A stretch of 64,000 bases of DNA from Basidiobolus meristosporus CBS 931.73. Its lineage: Eukaryota; Fungi; Basidiobolomycota. The stretch lies in NCBI GenBank assembly GCA_002104905.1, contig MCFE01000299.1, positions 36,556 through 100,555 on the forward strand, written 5' to 3'. The notes under the pieces are model-generated. The model had not been told where the DNA came from and ran no database searches. It saw only the letters and a program-made list of their open reading frames with translations. Shown piece after piece: positions 51,401 through 64,000 of the stretch (positions within the stretch are counted from its first letter, which is position 1; each line of letters starts with the position of its first letter). The translations under genes were made by a program, and so were the position numbers.

Positions 51401-52393
51401 GAATGATGTGATGTTGTGGCTAGAGAAGTGGCTTATTTTCACGAATGCAGTAAAGGGGCCTTAAGAATCTTCTACTACTTCTTGCCAAAATCATTCCAGG
51501 ATGCAACTTGCCATATACATGGTACAAATGGGCAACCATCATGCGGCTGGTATCATATGACCCAGAGACCATCCTGATACCAGCCTGTGCTAGCAGTTGC
51601 ATAGTACTCACATCAGAAATGCCACCATTACAAGGTGCCCAACTTTTACAGAATTGATCATCATTGGGCAAAATATTGTTCACACCTTTGATATATTCCA
51701 ACAATACAGTACTTGATAGCTTACACAGTCTGACAAATACTGCAAAGCTATCAAGTACTGTACTCAGTATCAATCATGCACAAGCATATCCAAAATACTT
51801 GATAGCAAACATTACACACCGCTAAGAAGCAAGAGCTACTTTGAATGTATGTATGACCATGCCTGTGCCTTATCGCTTGATGGATTCTTATTAAACAGGC
51901 ACTTGGCCAGCAAATCCTTCTGGCTGCTATTTCTCATTAACCTGAATTTGCTGCCTATCTTAGAGTATCCAAGTAAAAATCATATGGTAGTCTCCCTGGT
52001 ATCTGAGCCCAAATTACAATCCAACCTGGATACCTATCTGGATCTATTACTAGATGAGTTTTGTATGCTTTCCAGCAAGATAACAGTAAGTGGCAGTCAT
52101 TTCACAGAACATATAATATATCTACATTGCAGATGCCCCAGCCATCAGCACAATAGCTGGCTTTCCCATGCATAAAGGATGGTATTGCTACTGAATGTGT
52201 GAGATCCAGAGGATTTACTCCATAACTGTCACATATATTGCTATCCGGCAGAAAGAAAGCACAGAAGTCAGTATGAAATTGCAGCAAAGTTGGCAAGCTA
52301 TAATACATTGGCCAGAATATGGAATAAATGGAAACTGGGAATACTTGAGATAGAGGGCATTTGATGGAGCAAGAACTCTTTATTGGGAGCAAT
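51400..52393 (+). pseudogene. CACTA/EnSpm-like transposase remnant
   Basis: LPYTWYKW..IPACASSCIVL; ALSLDGF..SFWLLFLINLNLLP..VSEPKLQSNLDTYLDLLLDEF (Transposase_21-like). Confidence 0.75.
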
Positions 52394-54315
52394 AGTTGAA
52401 ATACTGAAATATTTGGTTTCATTCAGCTGCTGACAATTTTCTTAACAACTCTAGACTAGTCTTGGCCACTGTAGGACCAGCTTACAGCCCTAACATTGCC
52501 AGTTTCTTCAGATCTATGATTCTATGATTACTCCCCTATAGTCAAGATCAAGTTAACACTCTTTACCAAATATTTGTACTTACGCTGAAACTGTTTTACA
52601 ATGCTCCTGAATGTTGAGAAACCCTTCTTATTTAGTGTTACAGCAGTATTACCTCTACAAAGATATAAATACTGAACTTCTTTATGAATGAAAACAGTTC
52701 AACTATTATCACTATTTCTTGATAAGCTTCTTATATCCAATTTGCTTCATAAAATGCAACAGGTTATGAGCCCAAATTGCCTTTATTTATTCTAAATATG
52801 ACCTCTACCAGCAAACAGAACAATACAAACATCTTCCCTGTAGAGGAGAGGTTTAAAGGGAAGAACTTCAGACTTTGGAGAGTTAAGATGCAGATCCATC
52901 TTGAGAAATGAAAGCTCTGGAATATAGTAACAGGAAAGAAAGTTGACCCCAAAGGAATAGCAGACAAGGTGGAGAAGTCTCAAGAATAGGAGGGGAAGGC
53001 CTTTAATGCCAAATGTATCAATGTACAAAATTCCTTCATTAGACAAATCAATGCCTCAAGTACTGCCAAAGCAGCATGGAATTCCTTAGATAAGATCTTT
53101 AGAGCAAAGTCACTATCAAGCAAGCTTTACTTGAAACAAAAGTTCTTTATCATGATGAAGAAGCCAGATGATGGCATGCTACAACTCATTACCAGATTGG
53201 AGATGGTTGCAGAACAGCTTTCCAGTTTTAATGCTGGTGTGGATAGTGAATAAAACATACTCTGTCAGCTTTGCAGCCTACCAGACTAGTATGAGCCACT
53301 CATGCTTTCTTTTAGAAGGAGAGAAGAAAACTTGGCTTTTGACTACGTCCAAGGAAGCATTCTGAAAGAAGAGCTCAGATGTGATGATCAAGCAGAGAAA
53401 CTTGAAGACAATGCTCTATTCAGTTCAAAGGACACACAGAAAAGAAGGGAAAGCAACAAAACCAAAGAAAACCTAATTGCTCTAACTACTGCAAGAAGCC
53501 GGGAGACTGCACAAGAAAATGCAAGAAGAAACAAGCAGACAAAAAGCAGAAACTGGAGCAAGCAAACCATATAACTACTGATGAAGTGTTATTTGTAACT
53601 GTACAAGAGAGTGAAAGTAACTGAAGTAATAAATGATATATTAACTCTGGAGTATCACAGCATACTTGTAGTATCAGGGAGTGGTTCAGCAGCTTGAACA
53701 CTATTCCTGTATGAAAGGTTTATCCAGGAGACAACTCTGCACAGGAAGCTACAGCTGATGGGTCTACACAGCTAAATATGAGTGATATCTCAGAGGCTAC
53801 AACTTCAAAGCTGACTGATGTATTATATGTACCTGGAATAGCTACAAACCTACTTTCAGTCAGCAAAGCAGCTGCTCAGGGACTAAAATTTCTTTCATTA
53901 AGCGCAGCTGCTCAATATTAAGTGAAAATTGACAACAGTCAGCTTTGGAAATCAGAGATCACAATATATACAAGCACAATGCAGGATCATTGTAGCCAAG
54001 TATGTCAACATTACTGAATTGACAAAACTAACTGGGTGATGGGGCACTATAGGTTAGGACACATTGGGGAATAGAAAATGAGCCAACTGGTGAAAAAGCA
54101 GTTTGTTTTAGGCTTAATTACTCATAACCATTCAAATTGAGTGTCTGTCAGGCATGTTCATACTGCCAACAAGCTAGGCAGCATTTCAGGAGCTTAGGAG
54201 GTATCAAGACCACCGAAATATTGGCTATTGTGCACTCAGACATATGTGGGCCCATGAGAACACTGTCCTTTGGACCCAAGAGATACTTTATGGCATTTAT
54301 TGATGACTAGACAAG

Positions 54316-55049
54316 AGACTTGTTCCATTGGATAGTGCCACATTGAGCCATGAGTGCCAAATGATGCCATAGTGTGCCAGAGAGGCCAAGTGAGCCTCTA
54401 CCTGGCCACAGAGTGTGAAACATAGCTCCACGTCTTCATGCAAAGCAGCCCCTGTGTTTCACCCATTGTGCTGGAGAAAATCCATTTTTTGACCTTTTTT
54501 TTTAGATCAATGTTGTGCAGGATGTGTTAGAGCAAAAGCAAATTGAAGATATGCATCTGGTACTCAATACCCATGGCACTCTGAATCTAGCTCCTGTAGC
54601 TTGTATCATGTCACAAAAATGAATGGCACTATCTTGGTCCACTGGTACTATCTGGCACTATAAGTGCTTTGTATAGATCTTACTTTAGGGCTAATATTTA
54701 AATATAGTGCCAGATAGTACCAGTGGACCAAGATAGTGCCATTCATTTTTGTGACATGATACAAGCTACAGGAGCTAGATTCAGAGTGCCATGGGTATTG
54801 AGTACCAGATGCATATCTTCTGTTCTCCTGTACTCTTTCACATCCTGAGCTACATTGGTCCACAAAAAAAGGTCAAAAAATGGATTTTCTCCTGCGCAAT
54901 GGGTGAAACACAGGGGCTGCTTTACATGAAGATGCAGAGCTAGGTTTCACACTCTGTGGCCAAGTATAGGCTCACTTGACCTCTCTGGCACACTATGGCA
55001 TCATTTGGCACTCATGGCTCAATGTGGCACTATCCAACGGAACAAGTCT
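54316..55049. mobile_element. 734-bp palindromic (foldback/MITE-like) non-autonomous derivative of element X, 3-bp TSD aag
   Basis: AGACTTGTTCC...GGAACAAGTCT; arms ~345 bp, 40-nt spacer (54663-54702); interrupts the copia integrase at ..gacaag|atatacatggg. Confidence 0.9.
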
Positions 55050-55850
55050 AAGATATACATGGGTATAAATCCTCAAAATAAAGGATCAGGCACTAGAGAT
55101 GTTTAAACACTTCAAGAATAAGGTAGAAACATAAACGGGATGTTAATTGAAATTACTTTGAAGTAGCAATGGGGCAGAATACTGCTCCAGGTAGTTTGCA
55201 AAATACTGCACATGCACTGGTGTACTTCAACAGACCACTGTTCCACATACACCACAGCTAGATGGAGCAGCAAAAAAAGCAAATAGCACAAAAGTAGAGA
55301 TGGGAATATCTATGCTACATGATAAGGGAATGGACCACAGGTTTTTTGCTGAATTTGTTGCCACTACAGTAAACATCAAGAATAGATGCCCAAAAACAGC
55401 ACTACATAATTCTACATTCTTTGAGGCATATACAGGCCAAAAACTAGACCTCCAGAACCTCAGGATCTTTGGCAGTGGTGTCTTTTATCAGATCTCTGAT
55501 AAAAAACACTCAAAGCCAGAGCCAAGGAGTACAAACGGGATCTTTCTTGGGCATTGTGATGATACTAATGGGTATAGAGTGTATGATGGCCAAAATCAGA
55601 AGCTGATCAAGGGCTAGGATATTGTATTTGAGTGGCATTCAGATAAGAAAGCCACTGAAATCCTTGGCCAGTGGCCTGATGATGCAATCAACACTCCTCA
55701 AGAATATATGTACCTGATCCAGCCAGATACAGAAGATACTTCTACCAGTTCCAGATTAGTGCAGATTATCCCAGTTAGGAGATCCACCAGAATAAGAAAT
55801 GTGCCAGGATCCTGGGGCCAGACATCCAATAATCATGCAGAAGCTTATCT

Positions 55851-56199
55851 TGTTGTAAAAATTTATATTTCTACCTATAGAGTCACCTAACTTAGTCACT
55901 TAGATCATTACCTTTAAATCCAAGAGAATACTGACCAAATTCCTTGTTCGGATTTACTTAGAATATTTTCACCAGAATACCAGGTACCCAGAACACTGAA
56001 ATTCTCAGAGTTGTCCAAACAGCCCCAACCTTTGCACACTTGTTCTTGCAACCTTCCTTAACCTACTCTATGTGTTTGTAATGCCAAGATCATGTAAAAG
56101 TATAAACACTACTCTTACATTCAATAAATCATTAAGTGAAAACCACATAAACTACTTGTTCTCCCAAATACTTCCAATGTCTCCAAGACTCCTAAAACA
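55851..56199. mobile_element. Solo LTR (family A) inserted in copia pol
   Basis: TGTTGTAAAA...CTAAAACA; perfect TSD tatct. Confidence 0.88.
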
Positions 56200-56684
56200 T
56201 ATCTTGCCTTATGTGCAAAACCTCAGCGTCTGCAACAGGCAATGCAAAGTCTAGATGCCACTATGCGGCAGCAAGCCATGCAGGAGGAGTACCAATCACT
56301 GATCAAGGCAAAAATGTGGGAACTGGTAGATTTACCAGATGGGAGTAAATCAATAGGATGTAGATAGGTCTACAAGATCAAGATAACCTCAAATGGTAAC
56401 ATTAATTTGTACCAGGCTATTTTGGTGGCTAAGGCTATTCCAAGATCCAGGGACTAGACTATAAGGAAACATTTTCTCCAGTTGCCAAGTTTGACTCCAT
56501 TAGGACAGTTCTAGCCCTGGCAGCTGCACATAGTCTACATCTACACCAAATGAATTTCAAAATAGCCTTTCTAAATGAGGATTTGCAATAGATTTCATAT
56601 ATGGAGCAATCAGAAGGTTTTACCAATCCAAAAGGCCCACGTAAGGTGTGCAGACCTAGGAAATTGTACCCAGCTTTGCATTAC

Positions 56685-58071
56685 TTAACTGATTATCCAT
56701 GCATTGGGGCTGCTTAGCTTCTTAATGCCATAGGCATAGGTGTCTCCATGTGCACATTTGTCCTCAGTATTTTTCAACTCTTTCTGGCTGTCCTCCATGT
56801 GCCAACTCATCACATCCATGGCAGACCTGAAGGTAATATTCTTGATGAGATTGGGGTATGGTAGTACCTGCAACTTGACTTGTCTTTGTTTCTCCCCACA
56901 CATCTGCTCCATAGGAAGCTCCCAAACAGTGAAACAAGGCCCAATATTCTCCACACATTGTGCAAGATTGAGTAGAGAATGGATACAGTAGTGGCAGATA
57001 TCTACACATTCCACTTTATGTTTGCAGTATAGATGCTCAAATTCCAACACAAACCCCTCACACAACAGCTGTAGATGTGTCAAGCTTGTATTGGTGATCT
57101 GCTTCTGGATAAATATTCCTGCAGTGTACACATATGACTCCCAATGTTTCCAATGTATTCTTGGTAGGAATGGCTTCAGAAGGCCATTTGAATAAATACA
57201 TATCCAGTTTGTCCAGTCTTTGAATTTGTATTGTTGCATATGTGTATGAATATTAATTGGTGCCTATAAGAAGTACTTAGGGTAGCAGATACTTTATAAT
57301 ACCTTGCCAATTCCTTCAAATTTCTCTGGCATCTTGAAGGGCTCATTTAGCTTCAGATACCCCATGTGCAACTTGGTCATCAATATAGGGATATTGTTGA
57401 GAAGCAAAAAAATGTGTTGCTCCCAGTGGAAATCTTTTGCACCAACAGATACCCTCTATCTTAAGTATCTCCGGCTTCCAATTGATTCCATATTCCAGCC
57501 AATGGCTTATAGCTTGCCAGCTTTGCTGCAATTGCATGCTTACTTCTATGTGTTCTCTCTGTGGAAGGATGATGTTTTTAGTGCTGGTATTTGGGTAATA
57601 ATAATGTGTGTGAGTTATGGAGTAAATCCACTGGATCTCAAACAATTGACAGCAATACAGTCCATTGTGCCCAGAAAAACCAGCTATCTGCTAATGGCTG
57701 GGGTATCTCCAATGCAGATAATAACATGCGCTTTTACATGACGGCCAGTTACCATTATCTGCTGGAAAGCATACAAAATTCATTCAGCAATGGATACAGG
57801 TAGCTATCCAGGTTGGATGGTGATTTAGGCCCAGATACCAGTGAGACTACCATCAGATTATTGCTCTGATACCATAAGATGGGCAGCAGATTAAGATTGA
57901 TGAGAATCAGTGGCCAGCAGGATTTGCTGGTAGAGTACTTGTATAATGAGAATTCATCAAGTGCTAAAGCAAAGGCCTGGTCATACATACCTTCAATGTA
58001 GCCCTTGCTTCTCAGCTGTTTGTAATGTTTGCCATTGAATAAATTGGATATGCTTGCACTTGATTGGCACT
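56685..58071 (-). pseudogene. CACTA/EnSpm-like transposase remnant
   Basis: ALALDEF..SCWPLILINLNLLP..GPKSPSNLDSYLYPLLNEF; HSLLNLAQCVENIGPCFTVWELPMEQMCG..PYPNL (DUF4218-like). Confidence 0.8.
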
Positions 58072-59685
58072 AGACTTGTTCCATTGTACTGTGCCAGGGT
58101 GCACAGCGCAATCCACAGTCTCTAAGAACAATCAGGTGCAATATTGTAGCTACCAGTAGGCAAGATTGCTCTTGGACAATTTTGCACTGTGTGGGACAAT
58201 CTTGCACACCATGACACAATCTGACACAATGAGGTTGGCGCAAATGATAGTGCCAACTTGTAATGTTTGCATCACATGTGCAATTGGATCATGCCATTAT
58301 GGTATGTAAAATCCAATATTTGGATATGTTGCTTTAATGAAATTGGCAATTAATGCATATCACACTTTAAACTACACTGATAATTACCATTCTGGTTACC
58401 ATCTCTCCAATTGGATGGTATCTCTGTGGTTAATTGGTCTAAAAGTATCCCAAAGCTGTCAGCCCCCAATTGGCTCTTTGACTAATACACAAGCCACCTG
58501 ATATGCCATCAAATATCCCATTTTGCCTATCAAGCAAATAAATCCCTGATCCTAGTGATTGGACAAGCTGTCATAGCTAGCACACAACCAATTGTATAGG
58601 TGTAAATTGGATCAAATGGCAGCACTGGTGCCACAGATGATGTATACATATGCAGGGTATTTATTTATAGGAGTCATGTCTCAAATATGAGACAACCTTT
58701 AGATTGGCTATATCAAAAATTTAGTGAGCACTGATTTGCAATGACTTGAAGCAGATTGCATAAGAAAATGAGTTGTTTAGATCATGACAAGTAATAGCAA
58801 TTCAATGCAATTGCATCATCTTCTCCTAGTTTTTTTTTCACATGGATTACTACTGAAGCATTTGGCAGTGATTCACTTAGCATACCTAAACTACTTTCTT
58901 GCCAACTATCCTCTTGGCTACCTGTGTATTTGTAGTCAGTATTTTTCCTCCTGGTTGATGAGTGCAAAGCTGCAGCTTGGCCACGCTGAATTGCTCCAGA
59001 TGATGCAACTGAGCCAGCCTGCCGTGCTATGTGCTGATATGTTCTTTTACTTGCCAAAGACTCTGGTGGTGGAAGCACTTCATGTGGGTCATCATCAGTC
59101 AGTTCACCAGAAGAAACTTGCTGATGGTCAGGTGTAATAGCATGCGCAGGTGTGACTTGTTGCATTGGCAAGGCCCTTGGCTGAGTTTGATGTGATGCTG
59201 CTTGTTGACGCAACTTGGCCTGCTCCATTGGACTTATGTCTTTTTGAGCAGTTTGGCAAGTTTGGGTGGCTTTGCTCTGAAGCTCATGTGTTGACCCCAT
59301 ATGTGTTGACTTGATGCAGGGCACTCTTGTGAAGGGTGTTGGTGTGATTTGGACTGACATGCACCAGCACGCTGAAGTTGCAAGGGATGGTAAGGAATCC
59401 AGCAAGGTGTGCTGGCACAATCAAGATGCTGTTGCTTGCGGTCTGCATTCTTCCTCTTGAAGCTCACCTTCTAATTTCTCAAGGTATTCACTTACACTCT
59501 GTCTGATACTTTGGAACTGTTGCCTGGATGAGGCCTGTGTATATTGCTCTTGGAAGCCACTTAGCTCTATTAATATATCATATAATTCATTAGTCATATG
59601 AGTCAAAAACACATTCAAAATCTCTTTGGTTCCCAAAGTTAATGCACAAATGGACACATCCAGCCACTATGGAGCAAACAGCATG
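58072..59685. mobile_element. Element X, copy 4 (left part), inserted in a CACTA transposase and cut by gypsy
   Basis: AGACTTGTTCCATTG at 58072; minus ORFs 58782-59657. Confidence 0.75.
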
Positions 59686-62600
59686 TGTTACAAGTCTTGG
59701 TGTAAGAGTTGTAGAGGAATAGGGAGTTTAGCTAGTATTGTATTCACTAAAACTTGAACTGATTTTTATTGAGGTTCCAGCAGCTCCTTACATACATTTT
59801 GCCAGATCAATTGCTGACTAATTGTATTTCCTAATGTAGGTTGTGGCTGATGACTTATCTGATTGCATCATCATCACCCAATAAGATCCTACTTAATATA
59901 TCTATTTCTGTCTGATAAGGATCTGCTGATTCATTTGCTGACTAATGCCACTGATTTGATAGATAATACTAATATACTGATAACCTAAACATATACCAAT
60001 TAATTTGACTAAAAACCGATCTAACTTAAACATTCAAGCAGCAGATCATAACATTCTCCCCTACTACAGTTGAGAGGGTTCTCCTGAATCTCTTTTCTTG
60101 TGATACCAATATCTTGATGGTTCAGTATTATCAGCAAGTCTTGCAAGCTTGAGTCTCTCCCTATGCACTAAGTCTTCCCGGATATTGCCTTGTTTGTCCA
60201 CCAGTTGGTAAGTTGCAAATGGACATTCTCTGATGATCTTGAATGGTCCTGTCCATTGTGGCTCAAACTTCTTCCGAGTGTTGTTTCTTAGCAATACAAA
60301 GTTCCCAACTGTCAATGCTTCTGGTGCTATAGTCTTATCAAATCTCTGCTTCATCTTTTCTGCACTTTGAGATACTTTGGTCTGTGCCTCTTGATGTCTT
60401 TGTTCCAGTTGCTGGTGTCTACTTGGCTGACTGAGTTCATCTTCTAAGGTTTCTATAAGTTTTGGTTGTGTGAGATCTCCTGGAATCCTTGGTTCACATC
60501 CATAAACTAAGTAAAATGGTGATTGCTGGGTGGTGTTGTGTACTCTGACTCTGCATGCAAAGAGTGCTTAGTCTATGTACTCATCCCATCTACTGACAAC
60601 TCCATTTGCATACTTGGTCAGCATTTTTCCAAATAATCCATTAAACCACTCAGTGACTCCATTAGTTCTGGGGTGATATGCTGAGGTTTTCAAGTGTCTG
60701 ATCTGCTGCATTTCCATGTAAGCCTCTAATGTCTTTGCCATAAAATTTGCACCTCTATTGGATAAGATCTCCACAGGGCATCCAAACTTCATCAGGATCT
60801 CATGGTAAATGAAACTTGCAACTTCTTGTTCACTGGCTATTGGTACAGCTTTAGCAACTGGCCATTTAGTGGCATGGTCAATTGCTACTAGGATCCAACA
60901 GTTGCATTTCCTGGTAGTTGGCAGTCTTCCAATAAAGTCAATTCCCCATCTCTCAAATGGTCTTACAGGCTCCAAAGGGAAGAGTTTGGCAATTCTTTGT
61001 GGCTGGCCTTGATTGATTTGGCAGTTTGGGCATGTTTTCACTAGCTTCTCAATATCTTGTTTCATTCTGGGCCACCATGCTCTGGCTTTCACAAGGCTAT
61101 AGGTTCCTTCAATCTCAAGATGTCCATATCCATTGTGTAGCTTATGTATTAAATCCAGGCAAGCAACATAAGGACAATAGGCAATAGGGCTTCCATCAAC
61201 AATTTGGTAGAGTGTTTCATCCTGTACAACAAATTTGCTGGCTTCATCACGGATAATCTTCTTGATATCTTCATCCACCTCATTAGGAATGGCTTGGTCC
61301 TCCAAGTACTCTGGTAATAGGCTAGGCCAATCTGATTCATGCACCAAGTTGAGTTGTGCAACATGTTCTAATCTTGATAAGGCATCAGCAACCATGTTGT
61401 TTTTTCCAGGACAGTAGACAATCTCCAGGTCAAATTGCTGAATGTATTCACTCCATCTTGTCATTCTCCTAGAGAGTACCTTCTGAGTAAATATATACTT
61501 AAGGGAGGCATGATCAGTCTTCACAGTGCATTTGACTCCTTCAATATAGCATCTCCATGTCTTCAAACAGTGTATTATAGCAAGCATCTCCTTCTCATGC
61601 ACTGGATAGTTTTGTTCTGCTGAGTTCAGTTTCTTGGATTCAAAGGCAACAGGGTAGTCCTTTCCCTTGTGTTCTTGGCTCAGCACTCCACCAATTGCAT
61701 AATCTGAAGCATCTGTGCACAGAGTGAACTCTTTTCTGAAGTCTGGTATTCTTAAGCTTGGCAGCTTAGCAAGTTCATTCTTGAGCATCTGGAAGGCAGT
61801 CTCACAAGCTATGTCCCACTTGTAGGTATTGTCTTTCTTGAGGATATCAGTTAAAGGGGCTGCAATTCTTGCAAAAGACTTGACAAATCTCCAATAATAG
61901 GAAACCATTCCAAGGAATGATCTGAGTTCTGATATGCTATGGGGCTGCTTCAAATTCTTGATTACTTCCACCTTCTTGGGGTCTAAGGTTATGCCTGTGC
62001 TAGTCACTATGTGTCCCAGGTATTCAACATGCTCCTTGAAGAGTTCACACTTGGCTAGCTTGCCATATAGCTTGTTCTCTCTTAGTTTCTTCAAGACCTT
62101 TTCAATGTGCACCACATGATCCTCTTCTGTCTTGCTGTATATCAATATGTCATCCAGGTAGATTATCACAAACTTGTCTAAGTACTCCTGAAAGACAGTC
62201 TGCATCAGCGTCATGAATGTTGCAGGGGCATTAGTGAGGCCAAAACTCATGACTAAGTACTTGTAATGTCCATATCTGGTCCTAAATGCTGTCTTAGGAA
62301 TATCTTCTGGTTTCACCCTAATTTGGTTGTATCCTGACATGAGGTCAATCTTGCTAAAAATAATGGCTCCATTAAGTTGGTCCAAAAGCTCATCAATCCA
62401 AGGTATGGGGTACCTACTCTTGGCAGTAACTGAGTTCAGGGCTCTGTAGTCAATGCACATCCTAAGTGTTCCATCCTTCTTTTTCACAAAAAGCACCGGT
62501 GCTCCCAAGGGTGACTTGCTGGGCCTGATATATCCTTGCTCCAATAGCTGATCAATTTGTCTCTTCATTTCCTCCAATTCCAATGGACTCATTCTGTAAG

Positions 62601-64000
62601 GTGTCTTGCTCACTAGAGGGCTATCTCCTGTGTTAATGGCATGATCCATGTCTCTGACTGGTGGTGGGCTTACAAGCTCATCTGGAAACACATCCAAATA
62701 TTTCTTCAAGAGAGTCTGGACCTGCTGGGGTGCTGGTGTAGAGGAATCCTCCTGTAATACTGCCATGAGGAGCATCTTGGTACCTTTTCTAAGTGCTCTA
62801 CAGAACTGGGTCTTGCTAAGTTTACTTGTCTCACACACACTGGAATTGACCAAGTTGAAATCCAGCCTGGCAGGTAATAGCTCATAGGTCTTGTTGTCTT
62901 TTTGGATCTGAGTAGCATGGGTTCTCCAGTTGATTGATGGATTACAACAAAATAGCCAGGTTTTTCCAAGTACAAGGTCAAACTTGCAGTTCCCAAATAT
63001 ATAAGCCTGTAGGTCTTCTTCATAGTCATTGATCTTCATTCTTACTGGCTGGGTAATACGGTTGATCATGTGAGAGTTCCCATCAGCTGTGGAGACTGAA
63101 GTTGATTTGGTAGGTTCTGAGTTGATTCCAGCTTTCAAGGCAAATTGCTCCAACATGTACTCATGCAATGCTCTTGAGTCAATCATGATCTTGGCAGGTA
63201 CTCCATTGATTACTCCATTCAAGTACAACAACTTCCCTGAGTTTGAGGTCATTTGGGACAAGTACTCCTCTATCATATGGAAGGTGAGTTCCAAGTCTTC
63301 TTCAAGCTCATCTTCCACATTACTGTGTTCATGGGACTCAATATGGTTAAAGGTTCTTGTTGGCTGGTGTCCATTTCTTCTCTGAGGGCAGTACTTTGCA
63401 ATATGTACTTGCTGGTGGCAATTGAAGCAAAGTCCTTTCTTCTTACATTCTTCTGAGGTAGGATTCTTCTGCATAGCATCTATTTCCATTGGTACTGCTT
63501 CTGATTGTCTTCTTTCATAATGATTGTAGCCTTTCTGATTAGTCACTGTAGGCTTCCCAACTCCAAACATAGCTGAGTCATAGTCAATGGCAATCTTGAT
63601 GGCTTCTTCAATAGTCTGAGGTCTTTGGTAACTCACTTCCTGGAAAGTTCTTTCTTTCAACCCATCAATAAAGTATTCAACTTGATCCAAGGGGTCCATT
63701 CTTTCAATTTGTCCAAGTAGACATCTGTACTCATAAATGTATTCTTGCACCATTCCTTTCTGTCTGACTGTCTTTAACTTCCTTCTTAGTAGTGTCTGCT
63801 GGTGTGGAGGTTCAAAAGCATCCTGAGTTTCCAACACAAACTCCATCCCAGGTAGAGATTGTAGAGCATCCCATCATAGTGGCTGACCTGATCTTGTTGT
63901 GGTACCACTGTAAAGCTGCATCTGCCAGGTAAGAAGCCGCATAATGCAACTTGCTTTCTGGAGCAATTCCTTTAGCTTAAAAGCTTCTTCAATCTGAAAG
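59686..64000 (-). mobile_element. Ty3/gypsy family 1, near-complete (3' LTR 59686-60053, PPT, single-frame gag-pol); runs off the window
   Basis: LTR TGTTACAAG..GATCATAACA with adjacent PPT; long gag-pol ORF. Confidence 0.95.
60064..63846 (-). CDS. Gag-Pol polyprotein (gag CCHC, protease, RT, RNase H, integrase) with one premature stop at ~60568; probably inactive
   Basis: [14 protein letters not shown]; IMIDSRA; IYLDDIL; [11 protein letters not shown]; WGIDFIG..SNRGANF..YHPRTNG. The frame continues after GAC TAA to ..DSGEPSQL*. A frameshift lies just upstream of 63846. No chromodomain seen. Confidence 0.9.

Larger units (their letters stand above)
52394..56680 (+). mobile_element. Ty1/copia element, 3'-truncated (5' LTR 52394-52761, PBS, gag, integrase, partial RT)
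   Basis: PBS GGTTATGAGCCC at 52762; same LTR and gag as the 33.4-40.9 kb copia; FIDD..R, NRCP, KPEPRSTNGIFLGH and [18 protein letters not shown] fragments. Confidence 0.85.

Noticed and set aside
1-64000. tRNA/rRNA/snRNA genes
   Set aside because: None recognised by eye; only tRNA-complementary PBS motifs. tRNAscan-SE/Infernal were not run.

Overview
Fungal genomic window, probably from an intron-rich early-diverging fungus (inference from the fungus-specific END3 gene and short GT-AG introns; species not determinable). About 1-23.4 kb is gene-rich and CpG-normal. It holds a secreted-ectodomain 7TM protein, END3, an unidentified multi-exon gene, a UBE2G1-type E2, a secreted 12-aa tandem-repeat protein, a SAM+HMG-box+AT-hook protein and an intronless bacterial-type LysP permease, plus a small LTR island at 6.1-8.4 kb. 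About 23.8-64 kb is a strongly CpG-depleted, nested transposon graveyard. It contains two Ty3/gypsy families, a Ty1/copia family, solo LTRs with checkable TSDs, CACTA/EnSpm-like transposase remnants, a PIF/Harbinger-like element with AGACTTG termini and a 734-bp palindromic derivative. Most interesting: the probable horizontally acquired lysP, a sharply bounded C>T hypermutation domain, an LTR family whose three TSDs all reconstruct to NCGC, and the foldback element with a perfect 118-bp inner stem. All identity comparisons were by eye or from memory; no searches were run.
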